A DNA stretch of 64,000 nucleotides from a virus, in the IMG/VR virus record IMGVR_UViG_3300035204_001874, positions 66,120-130,119 of that record; one strand, 5' to 3'. Positions 49,701 to 51,924 of this stretch are shown one piece after another (within the stretch, counting starts at the first letter, position 1; each line of letters begins with the position of its first letter). The position numbers and the translations under genes were made by a program. Below the pieces are notes generated by a model. That model saw only the letters and a program-made list of their open reading frames with translations, was not told the origin of the DNA and searched no databases.

Positions 49701-50000
49701 AAGAAGAACGTTGATCTCTGTAAGGGCGTGTTCAACATTTATAGTTTCTTCAACCAGCTTCCTGAATGCGCTTTGGACACCAAAGATCATTCCCGCAGAA
49801 GCACCGAACGCTATAACGCGAGCGTTGGATGCTTCGAGGGATTTAGCGAATTCAGAGGATTTACCAGTTATCCTACCGAGCGGTTGCTCAAAGTTCCTCG
49901 TGTTAAGTTTCCCAATGTCCCTTCTTTGGTTAACCGCACGGTTAATAACCTGCTCTAGTGGTCTAGCATCGCCACCTACTTGTAAAAGAATATCAGCCAT
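16740..50000 (-). CDS. Giant tail tape measure protein / multi-cassette polyprotein (11,086 aa)
   Basis: Uninterrupted 33.3-kb ORF after the tail tube and chaperone-position genes. Residues ~80-350 show TP901-type TMP motifs (EFSRQGL, VSSKDLAEAIRR, GAKIGNAFKTIFTRL, LEQLGV). The C-terminal part has Gly-zipper hydrophobic segments. Confidence 0.9.
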   Translation of the reverse strand: MADILLQVGGDARPLEQVINRAVNQRRDIGKLNTRNFEQPLGRITGKSSEFAKSLEASNARVIAFGASAGMIFGVQSAFRKLVEETINVEHALTEINVLLGLNSQGLAKFSNKLFEASAAANTAFGVAAEAAAEFSRQGLSAGETLRRTSDAMVLTKLSGLDLTASVVALTAAINSFRSEALTTTDVVDRMAAVDAAFAVSSKDLAEAIRRVASSAESANVSLNETIAVVTAAQQITARGGAKIGNAFKTIFTRLQRPKTLEALEQLGVKTKDAQGKALPLMEVMKNLAKVFDNLTAAQKSYITEQIGSVYQINILKATLSDLGSGLSLFDRALETAGNSSGNAKRRMEELNNTLQGKLIGTLNEASRAAAGIGNIVIAPVLKGGLDVVSGTLGGIADVTTPDSEKGEKEGTLLGERFGSAITSGLGAVLAGPALQGMIALGVGLVRNLVQFASGALSQLSSQNQSASDFKDIQEAITGQLAENPELLRDILNGSVSIQTAHDRILTRIRDENALYREQEKIAGRIAVKLAAGGVTVKKNEDDATMAGVMPFASGFIPSSGMGFAPNFSEAPNTFSKGHVPNFAIVNTAETFIHKGGKTGILNPPQMAALDTGKAQAQGFSFSKVAAGGHVPNFSVSSGIASVEQRGAALAGYSSGRVVHTDKITSGPGQNIGTFISKINNSAGGFIPNFEDEKERRKTKRWARIKPKDESDKPFPAKHFHKEKTEALAREAGQQPTELRPGALYYDVSKGEVVTAIRKEDGTFVVRGYEGEYEPNMADIFTLDMKKKTDQVSEFLGHRETEGFAEGFVPSFASIHLKTTDDKTFSSKDLKESEDETEEEAEAREALVESMAHPGTERPLKHNSIYYDTELGEPVRAIETSEGSMVLKYIKKGKEDEADEAIAYEPEFDEENQVYPNLGIIDFNVKAKKLKKAFKRGLMDKALLGAEGFVPNFNIEQGYPDFNFNIKGMANQGGIPNFAEEIKREFKDRLKDEKAFAEEFFVGAAGSLQSAAAKAQGRTKVDISGTGTLEDPKRVDVSVLGTRAKASKAGLGPENLGKSVGSLSYLEKISSHQNEEGESFSKREYEILDVKSDETLQTGISERINEDMVVEFVKGISGFNSAKGDWITVKSSFGMEESGEPKLKFDKQFVGIGRGQIAYRELDEKGNAIPIYEVRYNAANDPAYQPWHGRSLPIKGEGQPHQGTKEEAQRYIELYGNDHPIETVEITDYVMKQYMPREFQNVDKITGELNQSQAQDPIKYETRHEFLTAVSELGINPLETAIKDYDNKKIEDNISFVRRLGKTDQGILEENVYRHGGQDFADLYNTSVGAEKEYLLAAMQFYMQQIQMAGATNLGLVSNREGTAFPNLDPSKATFAHHPNPLSKELGKLTDNILISSAEDVSNLKNLIVSNPNLRESLKSYSELVENVGSQRSGIKVAKDNLREAKKAKRPPEEQQRLESEVQVEQGKLTPLLEELESETEIIARNYPELSRVGRHVLDYETYMSTIPTGNIPVASPKAAKVLQGIAERAKAKREGSHDPDKEGLVSLSEGLVPNFRDIFYGPTGDKMLRRSMRKGPRSPYEKRAEATEEDIRKHERAHYDAAGEFAKEEPHLILHATSGRVLIDSDPEEDPQENKRKMSILHEAALAPRAPSAQDKKIATYAQRHIEKADQQLESKEKTDLAPEEKQEETKRDERSSFDFFESSAPKFHTGGIVPSFGKEQPAMLLGGEGVVNLKGMKALGPKGLNQLNKGYVPNFSDSSGLPSIEDITKLNEELKGKESETASDIKEWAKTDPQSVPVGIAQGLTRAVNIDRLLAIALSDMSAYKGIALREMLQNAVAHGQTEDRSGVHYNQPLYHDGAFTISDLGEGMTPRAVFETFLPMAQTGMEDIERDEGALAGLGMGKSSIFLAGKEFFLDTVANVKGNRIRTKMIGNAKGWKEFVTKPFTPPPEDLFDQPQGELATSPMSKDLRMQWKTIGTVKDFEELTEGGSWLPQERPELLEEIEKLEESLKERRKKGYSLAAKNANAFFGHKLFDEESGLEYNNTRELTIEGARKTRKIVETEQSEEAIRSATEEEKKEKPGLYAKLKKFLEGEFSSDSDDEASVFVGTSEVGGKRFKRGPSWGDEDKSATHIAVDLDDFIDEENEDITRHDYLTRPIRELIDKHEFKTVEGTPSHAYKNPLDIGYRPGYRFKEGEELESTTAMQDLFEEEDKEYEKRLVGTTMIVDPTKEAMSVSGVEEAEQTIKNMARARSHRIAEIPLLMTEDSDFIGAALTFRTQNPEVLSKKHLESHWNEPIIAEPANAKIHETIELPKPPKTATGKLHILFDDSVPPIKTGWGKADIPILSEGQRYSSLQMAMDYVPKDLMFSVSSRAAVGTEDYPWDKDRRRLKGAFGEAAAERMKDIASDLKTIQEEKTRGTPEASLGIPQTRMGEIVEGQKSLVVKDVNLLSETEEGEALLKGASEHPGMIKLAGAMQKTFDFVAKSATEELDQAYRGVKFRGLTLGAAWQGVNVGSDKDRLMASKEYAAASKEDLDLKLGTEVLLDPISIMQSTKTSLRNQTRGEPDLEGLEEDERLPLIRKRLYQSIISTITHEIAHQRSKTESEGHAREVEMLLASTLTSPDKVEELASVTGGIMGALDDDFLIYLMGLSESTMKLTDESVRVKAKDFQAAYTSKSFGFVPNFVDSENRWEGSGTQRSHRAWNDAETAKREAVGKLWGSTKSVGAKGIKKALQLLGLDKKKEEPEEYKITNEGFIPKFHSGGVVPNFNEEQPAMLLGGEGVVNQAGMKALGSKGLEELNRGFVPNFVTNQPFGGVMSKADFGIKAQWLAPTQAESRETSGLATKDFREIPFGIKAFEGDLNSKDHPDISWSKYQKRGGSITGAPTWGIINGVFNEVSGRGPAKTYSELFRLEKSDLDKSQIEDVKENADWYWQELNKSRLNILDAFADWDRHPSVWDWSSTDQDGQPKVAEEIQSKQRETSAIANDKEALVTLEETLYRPDSSQEERDAAKLLLAGETSIDPTFKNHPNYRLKFERVHNAMLMMEKSLVQDDSLRQQIINRTIKDEDLPDDGSTSGFNMHLPIVDLLKKGPFGKVYDKTFTRIESYVEPEKKANLAAQALSDIALVSLSTKEDVEEQGGTVDPTTGLERTVARNREYVHFGIRQELIDAARRSGVIPEDSTFAQEIDKRIIEADQKAREHVDDFILNVILSGQGEETIDSHKAAAAARRAATPIESKPMGPERGLRVEQAISDIFLQVPEGGEKIPFDTMGGGRYQDISGHVSEEGAVIEANPLMEWAFVQGKELARAIRITGADVKTYGMRTKETTKASVQEKVRKEAEKLATEREGFDTETFLYRFWEGLDEGTLEVKEEGFAKGFTPNFVESRTDKEGYVPGDFFRAMGKRSMEGKQNEDGSYTEAMNEDRVSEAKFKIKEATGTDMGSEEEKRYKEWLSLTDEERKEQGKEKFSLGLAKRDRVKKDWGEMLHEDFEEAEYPRYRKFRGVLPNPLPPPDAHGNSIFTVPTNPGKPETMKRLGFKYVDRDFSQIGEIHSETWKGWDNDEVGAMEGMSLFFDEIFYSPDVGIQAKLREAGYSEESDEANKESIWKSLNAQVELSSWSGPISEGVLGEISGDYKGPIRAVFDYETGGTWIMPHKSDKILQAKKPNFTEQSALINRTQQFHGYGSDEALKQTDLIFEHGENETTGRISSLRGAEGLKATFDTARQFGEQEAIKSLAHSAFQKQNPHLKEEDRDKEIENIDYGWIGYVASPNIVSSEPIDTIENLEFARQSLANLRDGEMHFFNANSAMGEILENEEEKGTSEQIRKRLQQLTVASLPNIVINQRAKLREHIADFTDDKLSALVGHFTEGEVFDLDVLEGMHKQEAHKPFDSYESAFEWIKTYYNDNSPFQFPDFKTEEVRPHQLIFEDDLPKGRSFHLPVKFKSSLPPLGNFDEELFTTTYGLATSDKSIRIESTDESPTWARLLGFGKQHYSRIFSRAFEEGYKNVTSDRSVSAAAKGTYRSIHKDENQPFTVDFGKGGGSFEVTEVLENEQDYINVAEGSIPNFGDDPDNKDFGPLSEDEKRYFGKTLSDFRKVHGMGLGDLLELPEEEQQKILDSVKPQTQTEFPFTDIPKYHSGGLVPNFNKEQLAVLKGGEGVVNQKGMEKLGTKGLNNLNKGFIPNFAHEFPKGEIFERKDWSNKAKFLEKAGTTPFHRGSGRTAFRSSVREYLEYLNTGEVTSQSGESGPSTIGGSRMFAQHGGTPGDEDDDDRQMLEEYAEGGAPFGRPDSYIKEFEDDRGYIIDGQYAGATIIDDAISQHYEELTGFQNPALVAKDEDGSGPATTAAHGSEIHSYGATGVYDEEADEITGNPIAFNQFSPDSKIESLRTGKTYNLQKFLKKYAYKVAKAEGYKETGLARGFVPNFEDDRWKDMLNPLRTRTPSPDDSAYKAPWPYFENLETGPLKGVVEDVRRAKNGYLIGYDFNNEYKEILNKYFLAKYGQLNPLSDLSTEYWTRDDRGGEIYEDLADDFDFRLKNLGDRKETLKSRAVRPVHEGGLDRINKYPTIPEDLDEFYGRMLGIQEEFPHLGAPEHPTLNMPTVSMDVLGGAHNTLIGAIDMPDPNRLGAGEKEYDELKKGWEEQKEKYLREVLSSTGKLRGISSEMETYAGSVDITDLDQVQADQKRWEDTDGGKMKLTQGASGFSLGNEPSPMAMFRNAAPRPKEMSHLATLERSLGGEVTAGGFVPSFEEEKISPEQLGEMKETAKKVRDDDAPYFTDPKVRSKVNRILAWWMGGNALIMGAMEADPDMAGLVHLIKSLAESAGSLVGFPDGHIPNFNWEEGYATDKGIPNFGGPQTLKTEISNARNSIQPAWIIQKLNEEFKDKPKLSSDVGQISNSMHQIVSDEDYFEAFEKCAAEFAKLWNDDEEQAKLLNDFSGHISLIDDEKAKRFGSMGLIPNFDLTVKQAKEIDRQTGVKKQKSLNETMSNVGLTPLDKIKEIVSAEESLNEVLDAEAGYYGKGVNPDGSSILPTFEELEESNIDPEDLGDYTGFVPSFEEEVQYQSGVPAGRIQGEGPKYDVVPPVGHTEVSQTSTFMDQANQSWRAEVVPNLTGDAILSNNVFYQEPREGKEFKQKGSRKRKMLRTERGDRTKRWKSKAGGKNLLRAALRGSVVEGGLNIDNPQFYTHDAKGATEGRDPLEKIAEGVTTHGPGALGATAAGLTSQYSEEIARVVQGIADIPFSEGFVPNFDDSNKTPLEEILEEEDPSTGKLAKDVLTYGPGGIGVAAAGLTSMYPEKIAEFLDALSQLPLSEGFVPNFGDPSPSKGKTPLEEILKEEDPSTGKLAKDVLTYGPGGIGVAAAGLTSMYPEKIAEFLDALSQLPLSEGFVPNFALKKFDWENPEHELNQVYLEKLLDAGITHIAPDSRDADNINVEMAEQQLDQAKKALEQRVIDEEADLVQSQDTPKLEEVAVSMAEEDLRVAIARRDMKPEVVGETDKVEFVNTFLEDPLPVIPGDVSLPALQAKSINEFGLTLKEIGQMSDEDIEKHKNKGLLSDEAMKVAKSLQQQHPNQDKWSKAWGASEQNPENQAKGFIPSFSQPQTSQLSLSEKVNKAIDSILEALRGELPEEREIEPISEEALEGLQEEFGITENKKLKKEQLELPFESGGFIPSFVQTFNPFEEHRDEDTAQMLRRKRIIVLEQLMEDPDSTPEQVKAAHGHLREINKENIKRHYASAATGFIPNFAYGDEYEISEGAHRDRKMEIAEAMNLDLSKAASEGYLGRNTGKPLIDGRYLHAALYSAGYQVGTPLYEEVNKKLGIGAASGFVPNFSIFKSAGEMLYGTNLYKNRKKTLEDIKKERGLSRDTGPKGEQSEHDEYHALKEGLFPAAHRKIGETGEKIALGIGSVIEAPGKYLEGRRKRKAAEEEKETKRRERSEEIEQHNLTLDWLEAKDLDAEGKRQKIEALDKQDLLRGWGEAEEAHAESKRNKKFETVAETTPLPQDMLYSKGHVPNFGIFESAGEILYGTNLYENRKKALEDIKKERGLSRDTGPKGEQSEHDEYHALKEGLFPAAHRKIGETGEKIALGIGSVIEAPGKYLEGRRKRKAAEEEKETKRRERSEEIEQHNLTLDWLEAKDLDAEGKRQKIEALDKQDLLRGWGEAEEAHAESKRNKKFETVAETTPLPQDMLYSKGHVPNFNWEKGYDTSKDVPNFSILGLDLGSSTDPDVIQDWWDKSNESTEGEEGVAKWINELLGGEDKATGFVPNFRRRKQEPTGIEKFFDVKESPTLELLGEGVKGAAMMFALPVAAGLEYSKDDFEELTKLAGSGVGAVGEYVKEKFKADGHVPNFNWKKGYDTSKDVPNFRILGFDLGSTEGKEGPFEKTTEEDKAVAEWLDEKIKAVQDLFKGEDKAAGFVPNFDSETPVHPPMSEEGITASNKIDMRSTAVFGETRKKLQVLIEESNLDTRVKALTSVREQLQTHIQFLSPFVEETKADGFIPNFLHPEAKMASQLYGQNITNEDVRFGRGSLGGTIQDFAYNTKEEIITKQQFKNAGFVPDSDFAIMPPRGTPVGNKAWQTLEQRMSASLKFDGHIPEFVKFQGHIPEFVKFKGGIPNFATEEAKALEDERTISVQEQIDRENKNIVSSGAPDFELFKQVNPNWMREDSDAAKQLLELSWAHTQRQKVIEEYEEVLADGTEMMTPQEYLAIVNKYPEIYSGVSQPTVVQPPMGTTEKTEEAIQAAADIVTTTEQAEQAENVLLPPPEYPPGAVPKGEDVKVTDIAKHQKEVDLKQISEKGPIGDLTPEVQNLQQGDPFHDNAGIVAWTQYRDGRDTLWRHDVTLGGDGITKAGDEILDEGNFDEAILGENIDFQNKHIDESWHSDGSRDRLPDPGSNLENIFTFRDAGMLEAQKQDQGKLELTEEQWNDQALKFLADRYGIEYNDVKFETENENWSETFKNMQDQIMQDDFSEVENLDQLAALGVVSNQRTKLVNRPSVREAFETPGGGFAGGESFPPTDAIKFVERVQEADKNFVPLETTPQTLPIEVPPATREKVEKIAADVVDPDAVPPAPTTKDRSMDKAGVPPADLTPAPFGKIQGKSKWYKLPKPIGGISQIQTFQDEANRFWRVGLVEGTGSNLENPASPLIEPELHSHAFYQVRGDAGATEIKDTVKKPVKSDRGSRIDRWKEDGPVSLLDKALMGTRWPDAAKEGKALNNPSYWDYDDAASRKYLKDEETPAVLRDRPKTKPPADEGPQPPVIPTEIPASGLLRENWMPINDETAAKFGYTEQMRWLKGEEAGVYKNERWQHVLVDRGDKLGVLDRALYFPAGETASHMIGNSSDLPKQLFDIVRGKREEEKAEEVTEKVAEEVGETVPPPESIVPPLDPDAPVGNLKEDKFVSYSGSFPEKLGIKAAMTYQDEEENKFAFQFQYNEADEDNPLTILDNADRLAKGGAAWKEDGPRDTVFEGFNLKLQYTDGSIKEGADTGVGPLEKDEEPTSAGLPIDEPPKTEGMVITSKLIPVSAPSIPADGLVFADKVKDTDRARLRFLQRLQSEKTDTEKRKEVTELLLRETYGDISIEESTEEARKPEGLFHNTKLFENEKIKDSVVDEHFRDSAVQSANIKLMGQAESTRQKARAGFSEWPELYESHLEVSGAPANKMVKAGIENFDKIVTNVANLRTTTEAALDEAGFESVDEALKKAQEVTGEIGMKAPFETVSVEGVKRKIDSGIAYEIAERWRKIGFERISGQSSLISGEDKYEEGIERAKTEGKDQGHRFKMEKGAETMAETLGGSEAKDLPEVLPESDGPDLTVPSKDAAARGFIPNFAKTFSSGQALSASRDIPGASAAIKRETSALASRGVPNPSSKIQLHTMAKGSVPNFGAFVTNTIDEGFHSSPTSALGGIKSVHGASMTPSSSSFWKQGMAQGYTPNFTGGIGSKSGKDVPNFASGNLMEMQAQFSIVLGLMQSMDMTKDKFDSLDKDIALASQGMKFLAESEDKNKNIMTKAAKEFSENIIKSGTFDEGELKNIDEIAASKQGQQVMDTKAFETALADKLQAETVADEASLAAAKKEQSDAEEAGDTKKEEAAKEKVKTIEAGPKISRSEAEKRAKDKDEKKSFLAKQIQAKSKTEETRESLQAAKSEMATRVSKAAELEKEKKIIEVVISGERGELSEEEFAKKQEEAATFMKDSGKGNLTETLEAKKEEISGKLEATGGDAETAEGMSFEDLQAQVAELTSELAENSKASKALTDASLEAKTKEIDGEKGERKLQNAIESLEKAVSDQKKQVEEQEGIGNIEGAQAAQEQLEQIEETRDRYKAGMEKGQSFDQVKEGEKARIESAIEEKKELQAEKDRSGRMYQASAKFGGFAQGGIGLAFGEEQSNARQALEGVTTGATMAMQAMAAMPGPAGMAAAAMIGIGSVGAAAIDGFMGVVDMRKIAEINKAKFQELSSALTEYSQTLGQLTDAYGDPTVTTRTIDALNKKLMDTLNAIPDTEEGREIKSELAATADPQQRQQLIAQAQDTISRKQNVTESTMSMAEANLKALKGRWGMSLFGGGGISEGGSGLFSKRMVVGYQTDAQELETKENFRTAVRDFTTNLEPEQLDKMTSEFDGLNMATLSTASGAEAAVSALQRQGVMTKEFAEQLKKGGEDMKVFMMKLKEASDKRKRDKELMDVLTHSREKNLDVMQRLKTATQAANSAIQDMVGSLGELQKARVERKIFAQQRGIDKAAAFGIAGGQGITIGRETPRIAGGMHAAAMGTGVAGRTARGVFQPILGGPIPGGPRQGQPIMGAGGQVTNVPGEARTVMSGRLMGDVGREAFRAEVQTAALTTGEGTIQAAEGSAKMNEILEKAGVDMAGARAEAQGQFANFITQGLLGAAESTRTGTRGGVVANEAVMKAKKIAMDTTGRIQKQAAAEGWGPREMNKAMSDAFANAALDEAMADAQASGDAEMIREITNLRQSGDLNFDKIAGVLKEGGPEAMALQMFQETGGATESIKLEEAMLQQISKMSLETAKQTQIHLKQLIEQKKQLEINRAIQAAGGADAFSDRKKEREQTRTIQRAATRFTVTSDPIRKGRAAGDLAKAVQDAVGGGMGAAGKKMQDFAIKGNQLRIERFAERNIASLQRKKGRERTVEGKVAIQGMISEMQGLRGRAKTVATHQMEAKLKLENMPNNIEQSMKFLSAINRRLQQGINVIGQDMENEFDPLNDNFSTEIRNQTTQLLSRLDVLNQAIRDQKGESEALQQLEQKRTAAAELVIMAEQKGTFVDDTIADPADRAADAAAKKAAALAAIETGDAASLDTMMANMVDKMDRKNVSLTPDEFKSIESALRTGRFGESRAVEVAKSRTDATKVTVKVPELTREISELTAKIEQANAEGRHADAETLRGQRKDLRFQRGQAAGQLDLRQQSLIRKKDHNENTIALQSGYELSEGRNIGLEDQQMEMPDSSGVNWQAAGMFGGGLVGGGLLLNAILKRNMAKVNETLAKGVSASVAEGVNKALGRETGEKALEKTGGKLGGEAAEATAKEALEKTGGKLGGEAAEATAKGLSKTKIGLIVAAVGGLIWGGKKLHDASTQKVTPQKVTPAEADGAPEGVAAGDTAAATTGDISVGDASLDVAAANIMTSNANVIINGANVAGLEGIDASGPLQAKFSGGLTPPMSPPKVDPETGLPVPLAGGGGFNVKQQMEMMGFTKGKDEKQKENIKDLLDSDELFKGLEHQDFGVVDAINIGFSALTGGAGAAYGTVGRAGFLGTKALKDGARGMQGLKAGFEASKSYTKAAVGAGVLGVIGFQGSEGHMERMRNLSQRRQELGPVQGGFGRAMSAIFTGSTDTKRSMGTAGLTGAAVGAGIGTMLLPGWGTLIGAVVGGIAGVTTEHTKQKAFAARGAQEKMGMYSAMISKGGLSTGDRIIASLLRDILKVNIAMAGKKGMTAITEVTKAEKLAKEEFELRIDAAKEKAKNTKTEKTSKEKMADIRTGKVGPKTEEGGIQAKTVKLEPGGKVNLNPIGKAMPVHVVNISEMGVAGTPRGMIAGMTGGVGGGMNRQAMARINQAWDNMSPAQRQQVQYQMRQMGGAPPAGGAFGQGNRTSPQQQQAERQRMVLRNETLAKTEFMTSADREEEREKIIGRRKERFTEAQRIETAIKAVDESKIKEGQSKEDFEAEKKEKKKKLIEERRLLGATGLTTEQRDQFTKDREELQQLKTKEETETLTDKEKVQKQNLEKRIKDTQARTGKIGQQGYTAQEREMGAALSLGDRGVKEVMSAEQLAGQLGREGEEEAVRSEYIASIDEEINELKSASENEKESLRSKAFGMQVEWGDIMAIEDEDEKKSAMQSWNNRMTKLQKDAEKSGFDMDEEAIKQFGADNRLIQERKETYRSQIVGEDKAYSSMKQLRELADEGDQQAIAQLGYYESIGEKEGKRGRAPVGVYREDGTRVYRKDVDDFEDVGVKGEGDTETERRRQAHIRQLEEDKGKAERGEGITIREGFQDVAPEKVLSQEERTEALKTTEGLKIKIQQRAEKFKELKAREQQIRMQMAGGQIDEATGQQAMGQVRAEMKSEFVGMNVAKNQFYTEEEAKEFKESQKALGSAHTEFAMGPDGRMRAVTPEQKAEMDKKEKEGMNPAQMVGLMAKVAGGMGMGMAKDVQPVFVTNWPGKVQFKPGKGISLRAGSGRLIRRRGMGGYDVGGGYDAGIGGAGGSNQAFPMGGAGAAGQAGAAAGTKGGDAGELRTEARGHGKDGSSLVSSINKETGKGEKTINGKVVATTTDGGKTWKKVGTDEDYKPDDQTRKGFKRIDKQMGRKMGDGGDGRKPSTRTVDPNTGLPVGGRPPVLDAKGLPTEGILKVEITNWPDSIKNWPNVPPTPFAPPTTTPAPTETASVETDETDALPGRFPPVTKDKDWGSTPETGVEPNPASRITMGQSSSVNVMNWPDSIKNTKAPFAGPESNTVTELNEAGEQAVTKEKQAATEGDKSKDNESLLAVLKKINKALDDKEKEKGTANKQGGDTTEITGTLDLINKGEIHLKVQSDGSVSQTEARKASDQVLAQVAGEYSKLRDLVNKTVNEAGIGNGGDNIGAV
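21335..21454. repeat. 60-bp tandem duplication (ALEKTGGKLGGEAAEATAK x2) in the TMP
   Basis: Two essentially identical 60-nt units read directly from the sequence. Confidence 0.9.
31402..32505. repeat. 552-bp near-identical tandem duplication bounded by the VPNF motif
   Basis: AAGTTCGGAACG occurs at 31402, 31954 and 32506. The two 184-aa units differ at only a few residues. Confidence 0.95.
33823..34260. repeat. Tandem duplication of a ~70-aa cassette (units of 219 and 207 bp)
   Basis: KTPLEEIL.EEDPSTGKLAKDVLTYGPGG...LSEGFVPNF occurs twice. Motif junctions are at 33823, 34042 and 34249. Confidence 0.93.
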
Positions 50001-50014
50001 ATACCTTGCTTTTA

Positions 50015-50021
50015 ATTACAC
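50015..50021 (-). promoter_or_regulatory. GTGTAAT putative late-promoter motif upstream of the TMP
   Basis: The same motif occurs at 16739, 52336, 55991, 56367 and 62016, and as GTGTAAC at 56801 and 60931. Each copy is upstream of a minus-strand start. Confidence 0.6.
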
Positions 50022-50059
50022 AAGAACTGGCTGATTATTTTGTTATTTCTCTAGGAAAA

Positions 50060-51013
50060 CTAATTAAAAACTGCCCTTGTTGTTGAGCCCCTTTTATCCT
50101 CTGTGGTCTGTGAAGAAGCTCCTTGTGTGCCACCTCCAGGCATCATAACAAGTGAATATTCCGTATCGTACCAGTCAAGAAGGGCTTGGGCAGAGAGCCC
50201 CATTGATATCTTGGGTGGGTCTCCATTTTTCGTTTCTCTTAGGACGAAGGTGTTCCTCATTGCTTTTGAAAAAAGAGTTAATTGATAGGTTGTAAATTCG
50301 GTAATAGGCTTCCCAAAAAAGAACATTCCTTGATCCTTACAGTAACTTGCTCCATTCAAGACAAAAGGAAGGCACGAAAGTTTTCTCAAGTTTCTTTCCG
50401 TAAAGCACATTAACGCCTCATTATATACACCTATGTAACGAGTTAAGTCTTTTTCATCTAGCTCCTCAAACTCTTCCTTTGTCCAAAATTTCTCCTTACA
50501 TTCGTGGTCTTTGTAAAAAGCGTAATAAACATAATAATTATTTGTAATTTTTAATGCTCTACTTTCTGCCGTGGGGCCAAGTAGCCCCTCTTTATTGTCT
50601 AATATTTGCTGTAGTTGAATTTGCCAATCAAGAATAGCGTTTTGAAGTGTGGTTTTTTGACTTGGGACAAAAGCTTTAGCTAATTCTTTTTGGTTAACTG
50701 AAATATTAGTCTCTAGGGCTTCTACGTTGTCCTCGTCTAATTTGGTCCATTCGCCATCGGCTCTTATTATCTTTAGTCTTTCTTTTTCTGTGGGAACACC
50801 TTTTTTTTTGATTTTGTCTGTTATTGATTGTCTTAACCTAACGATGCTAATATTATCTAAATCATCAAAATGTTTGATGTATATTTTTTCTGGCTCGTAA
50901 AAAGAGAAACCCCGCAAAATATCTCCATAGATAATTCGCAGGGAGTCATATTGTTCTAATATGGGCGTTTCTTTATCTAAAGCTAACGCTTCCGATTCCG
51001 TAAGATATTTCAC
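50060..51013 (-). CDS. Putative tail assembly chaperone-position protein
   Basis: 317-aa helical protein with a GTG start, directly upstream of the TMP. Confidence 0.5.
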   Translation of the reverse strand: MKYLTESEALALDKETPILEQYDSLRIIYGDILRGFSFYEPEKIYIKHFDDLDNISIVRLRQSITDKIKKKGVPTEKERLKIIRADGEWTKLDEDNVEALETNISVNQKELAKAFVPSQKTTLQNAILDWQIQLQQILDNKEGLLGPTAESRALKITNNYYVYYAFYKDHECKEKFWTKEEFEELDEKDLTRYIGVYNEALMCFTERNLRKLSCLPFVLNGASYCKDQGMFFFGKPITEFTTYQLTLFSKAMRNTFVLRETKNGDPPKISMGLSAQALLDWYDTEYSLVMMPGGGTQGASSQTTEDKRGSTTRAVFN

Positions 51014-51028
51014 CCTTCATTAGGGGTT

Positions 51029-51922
51029 TTAAGGCTGAGTTTCTGCTTCGACCTCCGCCTCCGCTTCTACCTCCGCTTCAGGTTCCGCCTCCGCTTCAGG
51101 TTCCGCTTTCGCTTCAGGTTCCGCTTTCGCTTCAGCCTCATCTTCGTCTTTATCTTCAAGTACTACGTAGTCGCTACTCTGATTATATAAAGACTCAACA
51201 GTTTTAAAGTCGTCCTTTTCAACGTTTTTGCTTACGTACCAATAACTAACATAATACGCCAACTTTTTTAAAAATTCTGCTGAAAATTCATCGCCCTTTT
51301 CCTCCATTTTGTCATAAAGATCAAGTCTTTCGTCCGTGGAATCCCCAGCGAATACAGGCGTAAACTTTCCATTTGATTTTTTTTGCTCGTGAGCTAAAGC
51401 CAGAACCCACCAAAGGATGGTTTTATTTCTAGCTTTTACTTCTGCCGTTTGATCGTAAATGTACTGATGGGTATTTTCGATTTCAGAAATTTCGCTTCTG
51501 GATTCGTTAATTTGAGTAAGGATTTCTATTTTTCTTTTGTTGATTTTTTCTTCCTCTTCACCTTCCGCGTCTTTTGCCATGGCAAAATATTCGCCTTGAA
51601 GCTCTGTAACGTCATTCCTTAGCTCTCTTAATCTTTTCTTTTCGTATTCGGTGTATACGCCGCCATCGTTTTCGTAACGTTTGGCTACTTGAGCGGTAGT
51701 AAGTAATCCCGCTCGAATTCCTTCAGAAAGCTTAACCGCATAATAAAGCTCGCCTTCTTCGAATTGTTTTCTGGTCGGTTTCTGAAGCTTGAAAGTGACA
51801 GCTTCTTTCTTATTGAGTGTTCTGGTAATGTCAACCTCGTTTCCGTTGTCGTCCTTACCCTTCTCGGTTTTTTTAACCTCTAGAGGTTTATCAACTGTAA
51901 AGTCGCATAGCCATTTTTTCAT
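51029..51922 (-). CDS. Putative tail assembly chaperone with acidic (EAEAKAEP)n tail
   Basis: 297-aa coiled-coil-rich protein between the tube gene and the TMP. 18-bp repeats at ~51050-51140. Confidence 0.5.
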   Translation of the reverse strand: MKKWLCDFTVDKPLEVKKTEKGKDDNGNEVDITRTLNKKEAVTFKLQKPTRKQFEEGELYYAVKLSEGIRAGLLTTAQVAKRYENDGGVYTEYEKKRLRELRNDVTELQGEYFAMAKDAEGEEEEKINKRKIEILTQINESRSEISEIENTHQYIYDQTAEVKARNKTILWWVLALAHEQKKSNGKFTPVFAGDSTDERLDLYDKMEEKGDEFSAEFLKKLAYYVSYWYVSKNVEKDDFKTVESLYNQSSDYVVLEDKDEDEAEAKAEPEAKAEPEAEAEPEAEVEAEAEVEAETQP

Positions 51923-51924
51923 GT

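Noticed and set aside
16924-50034. Dozens of plus-strand ORFs rich in Ser/Phe/Leu
   Set aside because: They are antisense shadows of the Glu/Lys-rich TMP frame, with no RBS or domain signal.
51000-51060. Programmed G/GT-type frameshift between the chaperone-position genes
   Set aside because: No convincing slippery heptamer before the stop at 51029, and the downstream gene has its own start.
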